The notes: generated by a model not told the origin, from the sequence alone. 49,462 nt of DNA from Sumerlaeia bacterium (GCA_040219255.1 JAVJSW010000078.1:1-49462), one strand, 5' to 3'. Shown: positions 17,853-27,483, counted from the first letter of the stretch. Made by a program: numbers and translations.

Positions 17853-18110
17853 CTAGCTGTCCTGCACGAGGCCCGCCTTGCGGTGTGCCTCGATGATTTC
17901 CTCCCAGGCCTTGCGTCTTGTTTCATCGCGCTCTTCTTCCGTCATCGCCTTGCGGCGGCGCTCGCGCCCGGGAAACGCCCCGCCTCCCTCGTCATAGGCA
18001 ATGAGCAGCACCTCGTCGGTGCCCGCCCCCAAAAGGGCGGTCTTGTGGTCGCGCAGGAGGGTGGCCTCCTGCTCGGTTGGGTTGAGGGCCGCCTTGTTTC
18101 GTTTTGCCAT
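17853..18110 (-). CDS. small hypothetical protein, candidate immunity protein for the MuF toxin
   Basis: SD AAAGGA; directly downstream of the MuF-toxin gene and followed by a terminator. Confidence 0.6.
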   Translation of the reverse strand: MAKRNKAALNPTEQEATLLRDHKTALLGAGTDEVLLIAYDEGGGAFPGRERRRKAMTEEERDETRRKAWEEIIEAHRKAGLVQDS

Positions 18111-18171
18111 GATAGGTCCTTTCTTTCGTTTCTGAGCGTAGCCCTACCAGCCGAGGCCGGGCAAAGCCAGC

Positions 18172-21100
18172 TCAATCGCCCTTGAGGCAGAAGGCCTTCT
18201 TGACCCCCGAGGCGATGATTTCCATCTCTTGGTCGTAACCAACCGCATCAGAGCCGAACCAATAGGCTGCAAACGCTTCTCTTTCAATGTCGATTTCCAT
18301 GGCGATCACATACCCGCCGAACCTGTAAGCGGCGAATACGTCGAACGCGGTGGAGGACGCGGAGGATAATTCAAAGGTGACCGGGTCCCCAGTCTTTGGG
18401 GCCTTGTGGGTAAGCCCTTTCTTTTCGCCGGCCTTGTTCCAGGCGTCGAAGTATGCCGGGTCCTGCCCGCGGAACACCGTCTGCTTTTTCGGAATGTCGT
18501 AGACGTCGAGGGAAGCGAGCATCCCGTTGCGATAGGTGTCGGCGATGGCAACCCACTCCTCTTCCGCCACGCCAAACTCCTTCAGGGTCTTTTCATAAAG
18601 GTCGTCGAATTTCTTGACCTCCGTCTCGTCGTAGTCGAGAAAGTAAACGCCCTCCCCGCCGTGCCAGGATGTGGGGGCCCCGCGTTTGCGCCCCCAATAG
18701 CCGCGAACCAGGGCCGCCCCCTTTTCGCTCGAGCTTCCCGTCCAGCCCTTGCGGTCGGGGTGTACGGCGCGCGCCAGGATGCCCTTCGAAAAGCCCTCTG
18801 GCCTGCCTAGCCGCTTGTCGAGCGCGGAATAAACGCGGCGCTCCATCTCCTTGTATTGGCGCGAACCCTGCAGCTCCCGCAGGCGCACCGCACTTTGGAC
18901 GTTCGGGGATTGCCCCAGCGACCTTCCCTCGCGAACCGCTTTGCGGACTTCCGAGAGCGGCGGGCTGAAGGGCTTGCCGCGCATCGAGGGCTTCTCCACC
19001 CCGCCTTGGTGCATTTCCTCCAGCGCCTTGCGCCATTCCGCCCGGGTTGCCGGCTTGGCCTTTGGAGGAGGCGAGGGCTTCGTGAGCTTCTTCGCCAGCG
19101 GGTTTTCCCCCTTTGCCTTCACCTTCCCGGCGTTGCGAAGAAGGCCGAGTTGCTTCTCCAGGTAGCCGCGCCGCTCGATCAGGACCTTTCGCAGCCCGGC
19201 CCGGTCGGCGAGGTCCGACACGCCCGCCAGCGCCTCGTCAATGCGGTCGTCGGTGAGCCGCTTTGTGACGAGGTCGATCTGCCGGGCGATTTCGACGTCC
19301 GGGATGGTACCGAACACGTCGGCCGACGCGCGGTTCACCGAGCTATCGCGAAGGGAGTAGATTTCCGCCGCCTCGCCGCCGAACAGGGAGCCCTTGGGTG
19401 CGCCCTGCGCCCGATACCGAAGGGAGCCGCCCGCGTCGATACGGTACGCCCGCCCGTCCTTACCAATCAGGAGGTTGTCCCGGGACATTCCCACGACGTC
19501 CCAATTGCCGAGCAGCGCGTCCGCCACGAAATTGCCCCGCACATCCTTATTGATGGCGAGCTCGGTCGAAGGCGCGCCCGTGCGGCCGTCGATCATCAGG
19601 CTGGCGACGCCCTTCTTGCCGTTGCCCAGGTCCACGCTTCGGGTGGTGGGCACGGGCACGCCGAGCGCGGCGTACAGGCGGTTCGCCGCCATCTCCTCCG
19701 CCAGCCTGGCCGCGTCCTGCCCCGCGTTGGCGGTCTTGACGTACCAGCGCACGCCATCCTCGTCCTCATAGATGCCGCCCGGGTTCGAGCCGCCCTGGGG
19801 GCCGACCTGTTTCCATTTCGAGGCGGGCCAGCGCTCACCTGGCGCCGGAGGCTTCGGCTTGGCTTTTTTCTTCTTCGCCTCCTTCACGGCCTCCGCGTTT
19901 TCCTTGGGCGGCTCCGCCTTCTTGGGCGGGGGCGGAGGGGGAGTTTTCTTCGCGTCTTTGTCCGCGTCCATGTCGTAAACGCGCGCCCGCGTGGCGGTGG
20001 CGCCGCGGAGCTTGTCGGCCTGCAGGCGCGCCCACCCGGACTTGACGTAGTAGTGCCCATCGCGCTTCACGATGATCGGCAGGGCGCCGGTCTTTTCGAT
20101 TTCGTTCTCGGTTGTCAGCCTGGGCACCACCGGCCGCGTCAGAACGATTTCCGAGTGGTCGACGGGGTGATATTCCGCCTTGGTGATGAAGTTGTCCGGC
20201 AGTCCCTCGAAGGGCGCCGAGGCCTTGCCGTCGTAGATTTGAAAGCCGTGGGAAACAAAAGCGCCGTCCGGGTCGGGCTTCCCCTTTGAATTCCGCGACG
20301 CGAGCTTGCCTAGCTCCGCCTTCGCCTCGGCCTTCGTGCGCGTGTAGTCCGTCGGCGATTTCGGCGGGGGCATTGACGGTTCGCTCGGCGGGGGAGGCGG
20401 CGGGTCGGCCGGAGGTGCGAACTCCTCGTAGGAAGAGTCGAGCTCGCCCGCAATCACCCGGTGGCGACAGTGGGGGTGGTAGGGCGGCATTTGCACGCCG
20501 AACCCTTCGAGCTCCGCGTCGCTTGCCTTTTCGAGGTTGGGGAGAGAAACCTGGCTGACGAGGAACGGCTTGAGCGCCGGAAGAGAGGCGGGCCCCGCCT
20601 CCACCAGGTCGGCGATTTTCTTCACCGCCTTGGTGACCGAGAACGTCCGGCCGACCATGTTTCGGCAGTGGGGGCAGGTCAGATTGTCGAGCGGCCCCGC
20701 GACCTCGAAGGTCACCGCGTGCATTTGCTCAAGGGAGCGGACTTGAGCGAAGTTGCGGGTGGTCGCGACCGAGGTATCGATGATCCGGCGCAGCTTCCAA
20801 TCCTCGAGCCCGATGGCGCCGCCAAGCCGCTCGCGCAGCGCGGCCAGCTCCTTCGGCGACTTACCGATGGCCCGGCCGTCGCGCAGATACATTTCCTCGA
20901 CGGCCGCTCGAAGCCGGGCCTTCGAGTCGTCCTCAGTGATCGACTTGCCGAAGTAAACGAGATCGGTGTCGGCGAGGAAGCCGATGGCCCGCTCGTCGGC
21001 CTGCTCGATGATGGGGGAGACGGGGAGCCCGTTCTTGAGGCCGGGGTATTTTTCAAAATGCTCTTGGTTGGTCAGGGCGAGCGGGTTTTCGAGGGCGGCC

Positions 21101-21435
21101 TGATAGCTCTTCGTGACCGCCGCGCCGATCTTGGCCCGCATGGCGGGTGAAAGCGTCTTCCCCTGCCACGCGGCGGAAATTCCGTTCACGACAATGCCGG
21201 ACAGCTCCTCCGGTGAGACGTCGCCGCCGCCGATTTCCGCCATCAGCTTGGCCCCGACGATGGACGCCTCCAGCTTGGCCGCGTCGAGTTCGGACCAAAT
21301 GTCCGCCAGGTACGAGGATTTCAGGACGCCCAGGAGCTCGTCCGGCGTCGCCGCCAGCCCCACCGCCAGGCGCAGCGGCTTGATTTCGCGATGCGCGTGC
21401 CCGCAGGAACATTCCAGGTGACCGGTCAGCAGCAT
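18172..21435 (-). CDS. MuF head morphogenesis protein fused to ParB-like, HipA/PI3K-like kinase and ADP-ribosyltransferase-like domains
   Basis: MuF: DNLTCPHC...PPYHPHCR. ParB-like: PIIVKRDGHYYVKSGWARLQA. Kinase: GGSNPGG..YVK..E.AANRLY..DALLGNWD..DNL..RIDAG. ART: VFRG..SSASST..QEMEII. Confidence 0.85.
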   Translation of the reverse strand: MLLTGHLECSCGHAHREIKPLRLAVGLAATPDELLGVLKSSYLADIWSELDAAKLEASIVGAKLMAEIGGGDVSPEELSGIVVNGISAAWQGKTLSPAMRAKIGAAVTKSYQAALENPLALTNQEHFEKYPGLKNGLPVSPIIEQADERAIGFLADTDLVYFGKSITEDDSKARLRAAVEEMYLRDGRAIGKSPKELAALRERLGGAIGLEDWKLRRIIDTSVATTRNFAQVRSLEQMHAVTFEVAGPLDNLTCPHCRNMVGRTFSVTKAVKKIADLVEAGPASLPALKPFLVSQVSLPNLEKASDAELEGFGVQMPPYHPHCRHRVIAGELDSSYEEFAPPADPPPPPPSEPSMPPPKSPTDYTRTKAEAKAELGKLASRNSKGKPDPDGAFVSHGFQIYDGKASAPFEGLPDNFITKAEYHPVDHSEIVLTRPVVPRLTTENEIEKTGALPIIVKRDGHYYVKSGWARLQADKLRGATATRARVYDMDADKDAKKTPPPPPPKKAEPPKENAEAVKEAKKKKAKPKPPAPGERWPASKWKQVGPQGGSNPGGIYEDEDGVRWYVKTANAGQDAARLAEEMAANRLYAALGVPVPTTRSVDLGNGKKGVASLMIDGRTGAPSTELAINKDVRGNFVADALLGNWDVVGMSRDNLLIGKDGRAYRIDAGGSLRYRAQGAPKGSLFGGEAAEIYSLRDSSVNRASADVFGTIPDVEIARQIDLVTKRLTDDRIDEALAGVSDLADRAGLRKVLIERRGYLEKQLGLLRNAGKVKAKGENPLAKKLTKPSPPPKAKPATRAEWRKALEEMHQGGVEKPSMRGKPFSPPLSEVRKAVREGRSLGQSPNVQSAVRLRELQGSRQYKEMERRVYSALDKRLGRPEGFSKGILARAVHPDRKGWTGSSSEKGAALVRGYWGRKRGAPTSWHGGEGVYFLDYDETEVKKFDDLYEKTLKEFGVAEEEWVAIADTYRNGMLASLDVYDIPKKQTVFRGQDPAYFDAWNKAGEKKGLTHKAPKTGDPVTFELSSASSTAFDVFAAYRFGGYVIAMEIDIEREAFAAYWFGSDAVGYDQEMEIIASGVKKAFCLKGD

Positions 21436-22910
21436 CAGCCCAGGGCCTCGAGCTCGCGCTCGGCGCTCAGTTCGCAAATCGCGTCGAGGAGCCGTGCGTT
21501 CTGCTCGCTCGTAAAGCGGGCCAGGGCGTTCTCCACCTCTTTCTCACCTGCTCCTCCCGGCGCGGCGGGGGCTTCCAAGCCCAGCGGCTGAGGTCGGGCC
21601 GCTTTCCCGTACCCCAGCCGGCGCGCCCTGGCGTCCTGGTCGATGACCCCCTGCAAGAATAGCGCGTTCGCGTTTTCGATCTCGATCTTCTCCTGCTCCG
21701 CGGCCTCCTTGCGGTCATGGATATTCGCCGGTTCCATGAGCACCTCAATGGAGTCGATGCCCTCGATGGCGCGAAGGCGGGCGATCAGCATGAAGGCCCG
21801 CTCGAGGGCCCGTGAAACCAGCTCCTGATAACTGGTCAACTGCGCGAGCTGGCGCTCCTGGACAACCCGCCCATAGGTCTCCGTCGTCGAATAGGAGCGC
21901 CCCCACATCGCCGGGTCCTGGCGAGCGCCCGACGCGACCTGCTCCTCGTTAAGGCGCCAAATGTCTTGGAAGCCCTGAAGGTTCGACGTGGTCGCCGTGC
22001 TTTTGAATTCGTAGGAGCCCTTGAAGCCGGCGACGATCCCGTCTTTCTTCATCTTGTTCAGGCTGTCGACGACCGAGCGAAGGTGGGTGCCGGCGCGCTC
22101 TTTGTAGGCACTCGCCGGTTCGCCGTTCTTCGGCTTGGGGGCGGCAACCAGGACCTCGAGGAGACCCAGGAGGCCCAGCTTCCGAACGATGAACCGGATT
22201 TGCTTCGCCATGCCGGCCTGGACCGCCAGGGGCTCGAGCGCCGCGATCAGCGGGGGAATCGCGTAGGGCGACGAATCGCTTCGCTCGGCGGCCAAGTACT
22301 GAAACGTCAGAGGGTTGAGCACGATCTCGCTATCCTTGCCAAGCGAGCCGACGACGCCCTTGCGCACCTGGACCGGATAGAACTCGCGCGTCTTTGGGTC
22401 TCGCCGAAACCGGATGCTCCGGGCCGGCACGAGCACCCCCTTGTGAAGGTCTTTCAGGTCGTCGGCCGGCACCCACTCCACCGCGATGCCGCCATAAACC
22501 GCGACCTGGCGCAGCATGTCGGAAACGAGCCCGCGCCAACCGCCACCGAAGGGATAAATGGTATCGTTGAGCTCCAGGATCGCCGCTCTCAATGCCTCGG
22601 CCCCGCGCCCCTCGACCTCGATGGAAAACTCGGTGTTCCCAAGGAGCACGATGTTTCCGACCGCATTCGCCAGGTCCGGGTTTCGGAGGGTCACGACCCG
22701 CAGGGCGTCGAGGACGTCCGGTGAGAAGTCGGGGGCAATCGGACCGATCCCCAGGATTTCCGCCCTGAAGGCCGCCCCAAGCTCGTCCTCTTCCAGGGCA
22801 CTTCCGCCCGGCTCGAGCCCGTCGAATCCGGCCCTCAAATCCTCGCCCCCGGAGGAGGCCAAATTGCCCCTCCGAAAGAAGGGGCTGAGTAGCGAACTGA
22901 CAAAGGACAT
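21435..22910 (-). CDS. portal protein
   Basis: ~490 aa upstream of MuF; YGGIAVE; SPYAIPPL; G.......AR..LGY near the C-terminus. Confidence 0.8.
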   Translation of the reverse strand: MSFVSSLLSPFFRRGNLASSGGEDLRAGFDGLEPGGSALEEDELGAAFRAEILGIGPIAPDFSPDVLDALRVVTLRNPDLANAVGNIVLLGNTEFSIEVEGRGAEALRAAILELNDTIYPFGGGWRGLVSDMLRQVAVYGGIAVEWVPADDLKDLHKGVLVPARSIRFRRDPKTREFYPVQVRKGVVGSLGKDSEIVLNPLTFQYLAAERSDSSPYAIPPLIAALEPLAVQAGMAKQIRFIVRKLGLLGLLEVLVAAPKPKNGEPASAYKERAGTHLRSVVDSLNKMKKDGIVAGFKGSYEFKSTATTSNLQGFQDIWRLNEEQVASGARQDPAMWGRSYSTTETYGRVVQERQLAQLTSYQELVSRALERAFMLIARLRAIEGIDSIEVLMEPANIHDRKEAAEQEKIEIENANALFLQGVIDQDARARRLGYGKAARPQPLGLEAPAAPGGAGEKEVENALARFTSEQNARLLDAICELSAERELEALG

Positions 22911-22959
22911 GGGCAAGACCGGCGAGCTGGCGTTGAGGGAGCGCGCACTGCCTCCCAGC

Positions 22960-23658
22960 TCATGTACCGTGGCGAAGGGAACGCGTCTCGACGCGGAAGC
23001 CCTCGGGCGGTGGTCCGATCTGGGGAAGCTCGGGCTTGAACAGCGGCTGCGAGTCGAGCGAGGGCTCCCAGGTGGCGAACGCTTCGTCCTGCGGGACGGC
23101 ACGGATCACCCCGGTCGCGAGTTCGTCGAGCACCTCGGCCATCAGGCGCACGCCCATCGGGAAGAGCGCCCTGCGCCAAAGTTCCGCGGCGGTCTCGCCT
23201 GGCTTGATGAAGCACCAGTCCTGGGCGGCGACAGGGCCGCCGTCGGTGCGGCGGTCGAGCCAATAGACGGTGCCGCCGGTGACCGGGTCCCCCATCTTGA
23301 CGGCCCACTTCACGGCGTCCCGGCCGCGGTGACGTGGCAGGAGTGAGGGGTGATAGCCGACCGCCCCGAGGCGCGAGGCCCGCAGGGTTCTCATGCCGAT
23401 GTAGTCGTGCGAGTGGGCCGCCAGGATCAAATCCGTTCCCGGTGGAAGGTTCTCGGCGCGAAGCGTCCCGGCGGGCATCCAGGGAATGCTCTTGAGAGTC
23501 GCCACGCGGCGGAGGCGGTCGAGCTTCGGCGAGCCGTCGGTATAGGTCCCGCTTCCGTGCTCGGGTGAGGAAACGCCCAGGACTTCGTGCCCCCGCTCGA
23601 TGGCCATATCGAAAACGGCCGCGCCAAAGGCCTTCTGACCGGCAATGAAGAGCCTCAT
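22960..23658 (-). CDS. formyltransferase (Fmt/PurN N-terminal fold)
   Basis: YHPSLLPRHRG; TGGTVYW; DGGPV. Confidence 0.92.
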   Translation of the reverse strand: MRLFIAGQKAFGAAVFDMAIERGHEVLGVSSPEHGSGTYTDGSPKLDRLRRVATLKSIPWMPAGTLRAENLPPGTDLILAAHSHDYIGMRTLRASRLGAVGYHPSLLPRHRGRDAVKWAVKMGDPVTGGTVYWLDRRTDGGPVAAQDWCFIKPGETAAELWRRALFPMGVRLMAEVLDELATGVIRAVPQDEAFATWEPSLDSQPLFKPELPQIGPPPEGFRVETRSLRHGT

Positions 23659-24830
23659 TTCCGGGCCGCCTTTCGCCCCTTCGGAAGCCTGCCGGCGCCG
23701 TAGTAGCGAAAGCCCTGGACCGCGCGAAAGTGGCCGCCAAAGCCCGCGGCCACGGCGCTCTTGCCGATCCGGTTATTGGACTTCTTGATCGATTTCAGGC
23801 TGCGGCGCTTGTTGTCGCCGTAGAGCTTGGCCGAAATTTGCTGCCAGCCGGGTGAGCGCCGAAGGGCGGCGCAAAGGCCGGGGTGCGACGTGTGGATCAT
23901 GGAGGTGATCGGCTTACCCCAGCGGTTCTCTCCCCGGATGTTTCGCTCCGCCAACTCGGCGAGGAAGCGCAGCCCGACCCCCGCGCCCTGCCATTCCGGC
24001 ATGACTACCAAGCGGCAAAACCGCGCCTCGAAACGGTGTGGCCCGAGGTTCTTGGTGCTCATGGCGACGTGACAGACGACTTGATCCTCGACCACGCCGA
24101 CGTAGCAGCGCGAGCAGGGCATTCGCGGGAGCTTCAGATAGTGATGCGGCTCAAAAAGCGGCCAAAATCGCCAATCGGTTTCGTAGATTTCGAGATCGAA
24201 GCGGGGGCGCCGAACCGACCTCCTTCTGAACGTGCTGGAACTGGTGTCGAAAACCCAGTCTGGCTCCAGCCATTCGATGATGTCGTAGTGGCAAGAAAGG
24301 AGCACCGCCTTCTTGCCCGTGCGCTTCCAGGCCTTGCCGAAGGCCAGGGCGCCGAACTTCGCGATCTGCCGGTCGACGACCGACGTGAACTCGTCGACCA
24401 CGACCTCGTCGGGCTTCTCGCAGATCAAGCGGGCGAGGTTCGCCCGGAACTTTTCCCCGTTCGAAAGCACCCGGTAGGGGCGCAGCCAGGCGGGCACGTC
24501 GCCGAGCCCGACGGCGCCCAACGCGGCGGTCACGTCGTCGAAGGAACCGCCCGGATTGATCGCTTCGACGATGGGCTGGTCGCCTGGCCAAAGCCCGGCC
24601 TCGTCCGGATCGTAGATCAGCCCGCCGCCGAAGAGCTGCCGGCCGATGGATGTCTTGCCCGAGCCCGACGGGCCCACGATCAGGCCGAGCGACCACTCGC
24701 CGTCGTCGATGTCGAGCTTCGCGTCGATGGCGAAGTTGCAGCCGCTCTCCGCGTTGAAGAGGGATTTCACCCTCGCCGCCCGGTAGGTGTCGAAATCCGA
24801 GCAGCGATTGCGCACCTGGATCGTCGTCAT
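23655..24830 (-). CDS. ABC-type ATPase fused to GNAT acyltransferase
   Basis: Walker A GPSGSGKT; signature LSNGEK; Walker B VVVDEF; H-loop SCH; GNAT motif A RLVVMPEWQGAGVG. Confidence 0.9.
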   Translation of the reverse strand: MTTIQVRNRCSDFDTYRAARVKSLFNAESGCNFAIDAKLDIDDGEWSLGLIVGPSGSGKTSIGRQLFGGGLIYDPDEAGLWPGDQPIVEAINPGGSFDDVTAALGAVGLGDVPAWLRPYRVLSNGEKFRANLARLICEKPDEVVVDEFTSVVDRQIAKFGALAFGKAWKRTGKKAVLLSCHYDIIEWLEPDWVFDTSSSTFRRRSVRRPRFDLEIYETDWRFWPLFEPHHYLKLPRMPCSRCYVGVVEDQVVCHVAMSTKNLGPHRFEARFCRLVVMPEWQGAGVGLRFLAELAERNIRGENRWGKPITSMIHTSHPGLCAALRRSPGWQQISAKLYGDNKRRSLKSIKKSNNRIGKSAVAAGFGGHFRAVQGFRYYGAGRLPKGRKAARK

Positions 24831-25462
24831 GTCGTCACCACCTTCACTTCGTAGCCCTCCTGTTTGAGGCGTTCGAACACGAGGTGCTGCTCGCTCTCGT
24901 CCTGGCACATGACGATGACGCCAAACTGCTCCCGGTAGCCGTCCTCGTCCGGTGGCTCGGGCAGCTCGTCGCCCTCTTCGCCGGGGCCGCCGCCGTAGTC
25001 TTCCGCCAACTTGTCGAGCTGCAGCGCCTCGAACGACTCCGCGTCGGCGGCCGCGATTTCGTCGAGCAGGCCGCTCAACGAGTCGGTGAATTCGCCCTGG
25101 ATGCGGCTGTTGTTCGCGGTGACGTTCGCGACCTTTTCCGTGTCCTCGTCCCAATCGACAACGCGCACGTGGAACCGCTCGCCGGTGGGCGTCACCAGCG
25201 CGGCGGCCTCGCCTCCTTCAGCGACGTCCAATGTCAGGCCGTCGCCGTGGAGCTCGCGCAGCGCGCGCACGCGCTGATGCCCGGCCACGAGGTGGCCGGT
25301 GCGCCTGTTCCAGGTGATGCCGGCGATGTCGCCGAATCTGCTGATCGAGGCCTCCAGGCCGAGCAACGCCCCGTCTTTGATGCGCCGCGGGTTGTAGGGG
25401 GCGGCAAGGAGGTCGTCGACCCCTTGGAGGGTTCTTGGTTTGTCTTTCGGATTTGCTGGCAT
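24827..25462 (-). CDS. ParB/Srx N-terminal domain protein
   Basis: PYNPR; SI..FG....I.WN..TGHLVAGHQR; N...GEF. Confidence 0.9.
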   Translation of the reverse strand: MPANPKDKPRTLQGVDDLLAAPYNPRRIKDGALLGLEASISRFGDIAGITWNRRTGHLVAGHQRVRALRELHGDGLTLDVAEGGEAAALVTPTGERFHVRVVDWDEDTEKVANVTANNSRIQGEFTDSLSGLLDEIAAADAESFEALQLDKLAEDYGGGPGEEGDELPEPPDEDGYREQFGVIVMCQDESEQHLVFERLKQEGYEVKVVTT

Positions 25463-25527
25463 GTTGGTCTCCCGCCCGGTTTGGCTTGTCCGGCCGATGT
25501 ACCCAGGGGGCGGGAAAACCTTGGCAC

Positions 25528-25926
25528 CTACGGCTTGAAGCGCGACGCGGCGCGAGACACCAGATCCAGGGGCTGGCAGTCGCCGTCGCCGTCCAGGTAG
25601 CCGGCGACGGCCAGCGCCACCGAGAGCGAGTAACGGCCCGGCGGCCCGGCGGCGGCCTCGTGGGGGAGAACCTCAACGACGGGCTCGCGGCCCGTCATGT
25701 CGCGCCTCTCGTAGTTGTCGGCAAGAACGCTGGCCCCGTAGGCCAGAAGGATCGCCCGGCGGTCCCGGGGGCTCGCCTCAAAGCGCCGCAGCGCCCTGGA
25801 AGCCAGGACGCGGGCGAGAAAGGCGATGTCGGCCGCAACGTGGGCTGCGACCGGCTGTGGAGGGGGCACGGCCGGGAGAAGGTCGAGCTGTTCGTTCTCG
25901 GGCGCGTCAAGGGCTAGGCGGAGCAT
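25528..25926 (-). CDS. hypothetical protein
   Basis: SD AGGAGG; GC3-biased ORF. Confidence 0.55.
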   Translation of the reverse strand: MLRLALDAPENEQLDLLPAVPPPQPVAAHVAADIAFLARVLASRALRRFEASPRDRRAILLAYGASVLADNYERRDMTGREPVVEVLPHEAAAGPPGRYSLSVALAVAGYLDGDGDCQPLDLVSRAASRFKP

Positions 25927-26010
25927 TCGTGGCGCCTCCTGCCCATCGCCTACGCCTGCGGAAGTCCCTTTACAAGGTGAAACAGAAAAAGTGGGCGAAA
26001 ACTTTCGGTT

Positions 26011-26376
26011 TTATTCGCCCCGCTCCTCGAGCGTCCTGATTTCGTCCTCGACCTTGGCGAGCTCGGCGATGGCGCGCGCGACGTGATCGACAGGCGGGGC
26101 TTTTGTGAAGTGCCCGGGAATGGGCTGGGCGGCCGACCGGTCATAGATTGCGGCCGCCTCCGGCCAGGTGATGAGGCCCCGGCGCGCAAGGGCGGCGAGG
26201 CGCTTGCGGTGGCTCCGCGCCGCCGCGAAGGCGCACTCGTTCAGTTGAAGCAGCGCAGCGGTGGCGTCGCGGGGGTCCTCCAACTCGCCCAAGGAAAGGC
26301 CGAGAAGAACGGTGGCCGTAGCCTGGGCCCTGGAGATTTGGTTGATGACGTCGACGACGTGATCGGTGGTGATCAT
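26011..26376 (-). CDS. hypothetical protein
   Basis: ATGA overlap with the upstream methylase-like gene. Confidence 0.65.
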   Translation of the reverse strand: MITTDHVVDVINQISRAQATATVLLGLSLGELEDPRDATAALLQLNECAFAAARSHRKRLAALARRGLITWPEAAAIYDRSAAQPIPGHFTKAPPVDHVARAIAELAKVEDEIRTLEERGE

Positions 26377-27185
26377 GAGGCCACCGCCGTTTCCGCCGCG
26401 TCGAACAGGGAGAGTTGCTCCGGGCTGAGGGGCGTGAGCGCCTCAATGGCACGCGGCACCGGTGGCGAAAGCGACAGGGCGGCATCCCGGGCGCGCAGGC
26501 GTGGCAGCCAGAAGCCAAGGTGGTGCTGCGGCGTCGCCCACTCCTCGTGGAATTCGAGGCGCAGCGAATCGCCGATGTAAACGAGCGCCGGGATCCCGTG
26601 AAGCGAGAGTTGGACATAGGCCATCAGGGCCGCGGTCCGGTCGAGGTCGATGGCCGTGACGTGTATCACCTCTTGCTCGTTCCAGCCCTGCTCGGCCACC
26701 ACGCCTGCGGCGGCCAGGATCATCGACCCGGCGCCGCAGGCGGGCTCGCACAACGTCAGGAAGCCCTCGCGCTCGATGAGTTCATCGACCCCGTGGAGCT
26801 GCATCCTGGCCATCGTCCATGAGACCTCGGAGGGGGTGAAGAACTGACCGGCGTGGCGGTTGTGGAGCTCGAGCTGGTGGAAGACCTTCCCGAGGAAATC
26901 GCTGAAGCGCTTTGCCTCGATGGCCAAGGCCACGACGGACAAGAGCCGCGCCAGGTCCTCCAGCTCCTCGGCCCTGTACTTGGCGGCGGTCTTGAGATAG
27001 TCCGCCTCGCGCTCCTTGCCACGGTCGGTGGCGCCTTCGACGCGGTTCGAGAGGGTGGCGGCGGACATGAAAAGAAAATCTTGAAAAACGCTCCAGGGAC
27101 TATGCCTGCGAGCGACTTCGCGGAACCGGTGGCAGAACGTGGCGGCAAGCGCCTCGTAGTCGCGAGGTGGGTTAGCCTTCGTCAT
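26373..27185 (-). CDS. N-6 DNA methylase-like protein (HsdM-like SAM-binding part)
   Basis: GQFFTP; EPACGAGSM; GDSL; no NPPY/F motif visible. Confidence 0.8.
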   Translation of the reverse strand: MTKANPPRDYEALAATFCHRFREVARRHSPWSVFQDFLFMSAATLSNRVEGATDRGKEREADYLKTAAKYRAEELEDLARLLSVVALAIEAKRFSDFLGKVFHQLELHNRHAGQFFTPSEVSWTMARMQLHGVDELIEREGFLTLCEPACGAGSMILAAAGVVAEQGWNEQEVIHVTAIDLDRTAALMAYVQLSLHGIPALVYIGDSLRLEFHEEWATPQHHLGFWLPRLRARDAALSLSPPVPRAIEALTPLSPEQLSLFDAAETAVAS

Positions 27186-27483
27186 GGGGTGGATCTTTCG
27201 CGTGGTGTGGTGGTGTTTCGGTCGTTGGGGGTGGGGGCTTCTTGCGCGCCGCCCGGTAGAGGGCCGCGTGCGTGGCGTCCATTTCGGCCTCGAGCCATTC
27301 CCTGGCGAGGGGGCCGAGGCGCAGGCCTGGGTAGAATTGGGGGTTTGAGACGTAGAACTTCGCGATGGTGAGGTCTGTCAGCCAGGCGGAAGGGCAGGTC
27401 GCCGCGTCGAGGCGCAGGGCGCGCAGCCCGGCGATGTCGCCCTGGTGACCGAGGCGCAGGATTTCCTCAACGCGGGAGGGAAT
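27172..27483 (-). CDS. unannotated 103-aa ORF with putative ATT start
   Basis: Open frame IPSRVEEILRLGH...DEG fills the gap; ATT overlaps the upstream TAA (TAATT). Confidence 0.4.
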   Translation of the reverse strand: MPSRVEEILRLGHQGDIAGLRALRLDAATCPSAWLTDLTIAKFYVSNPQFYPGLRLGPLAREWLEAEMDATHAALYRAARKKPPPPTTETPPHHAKDPPHDEG

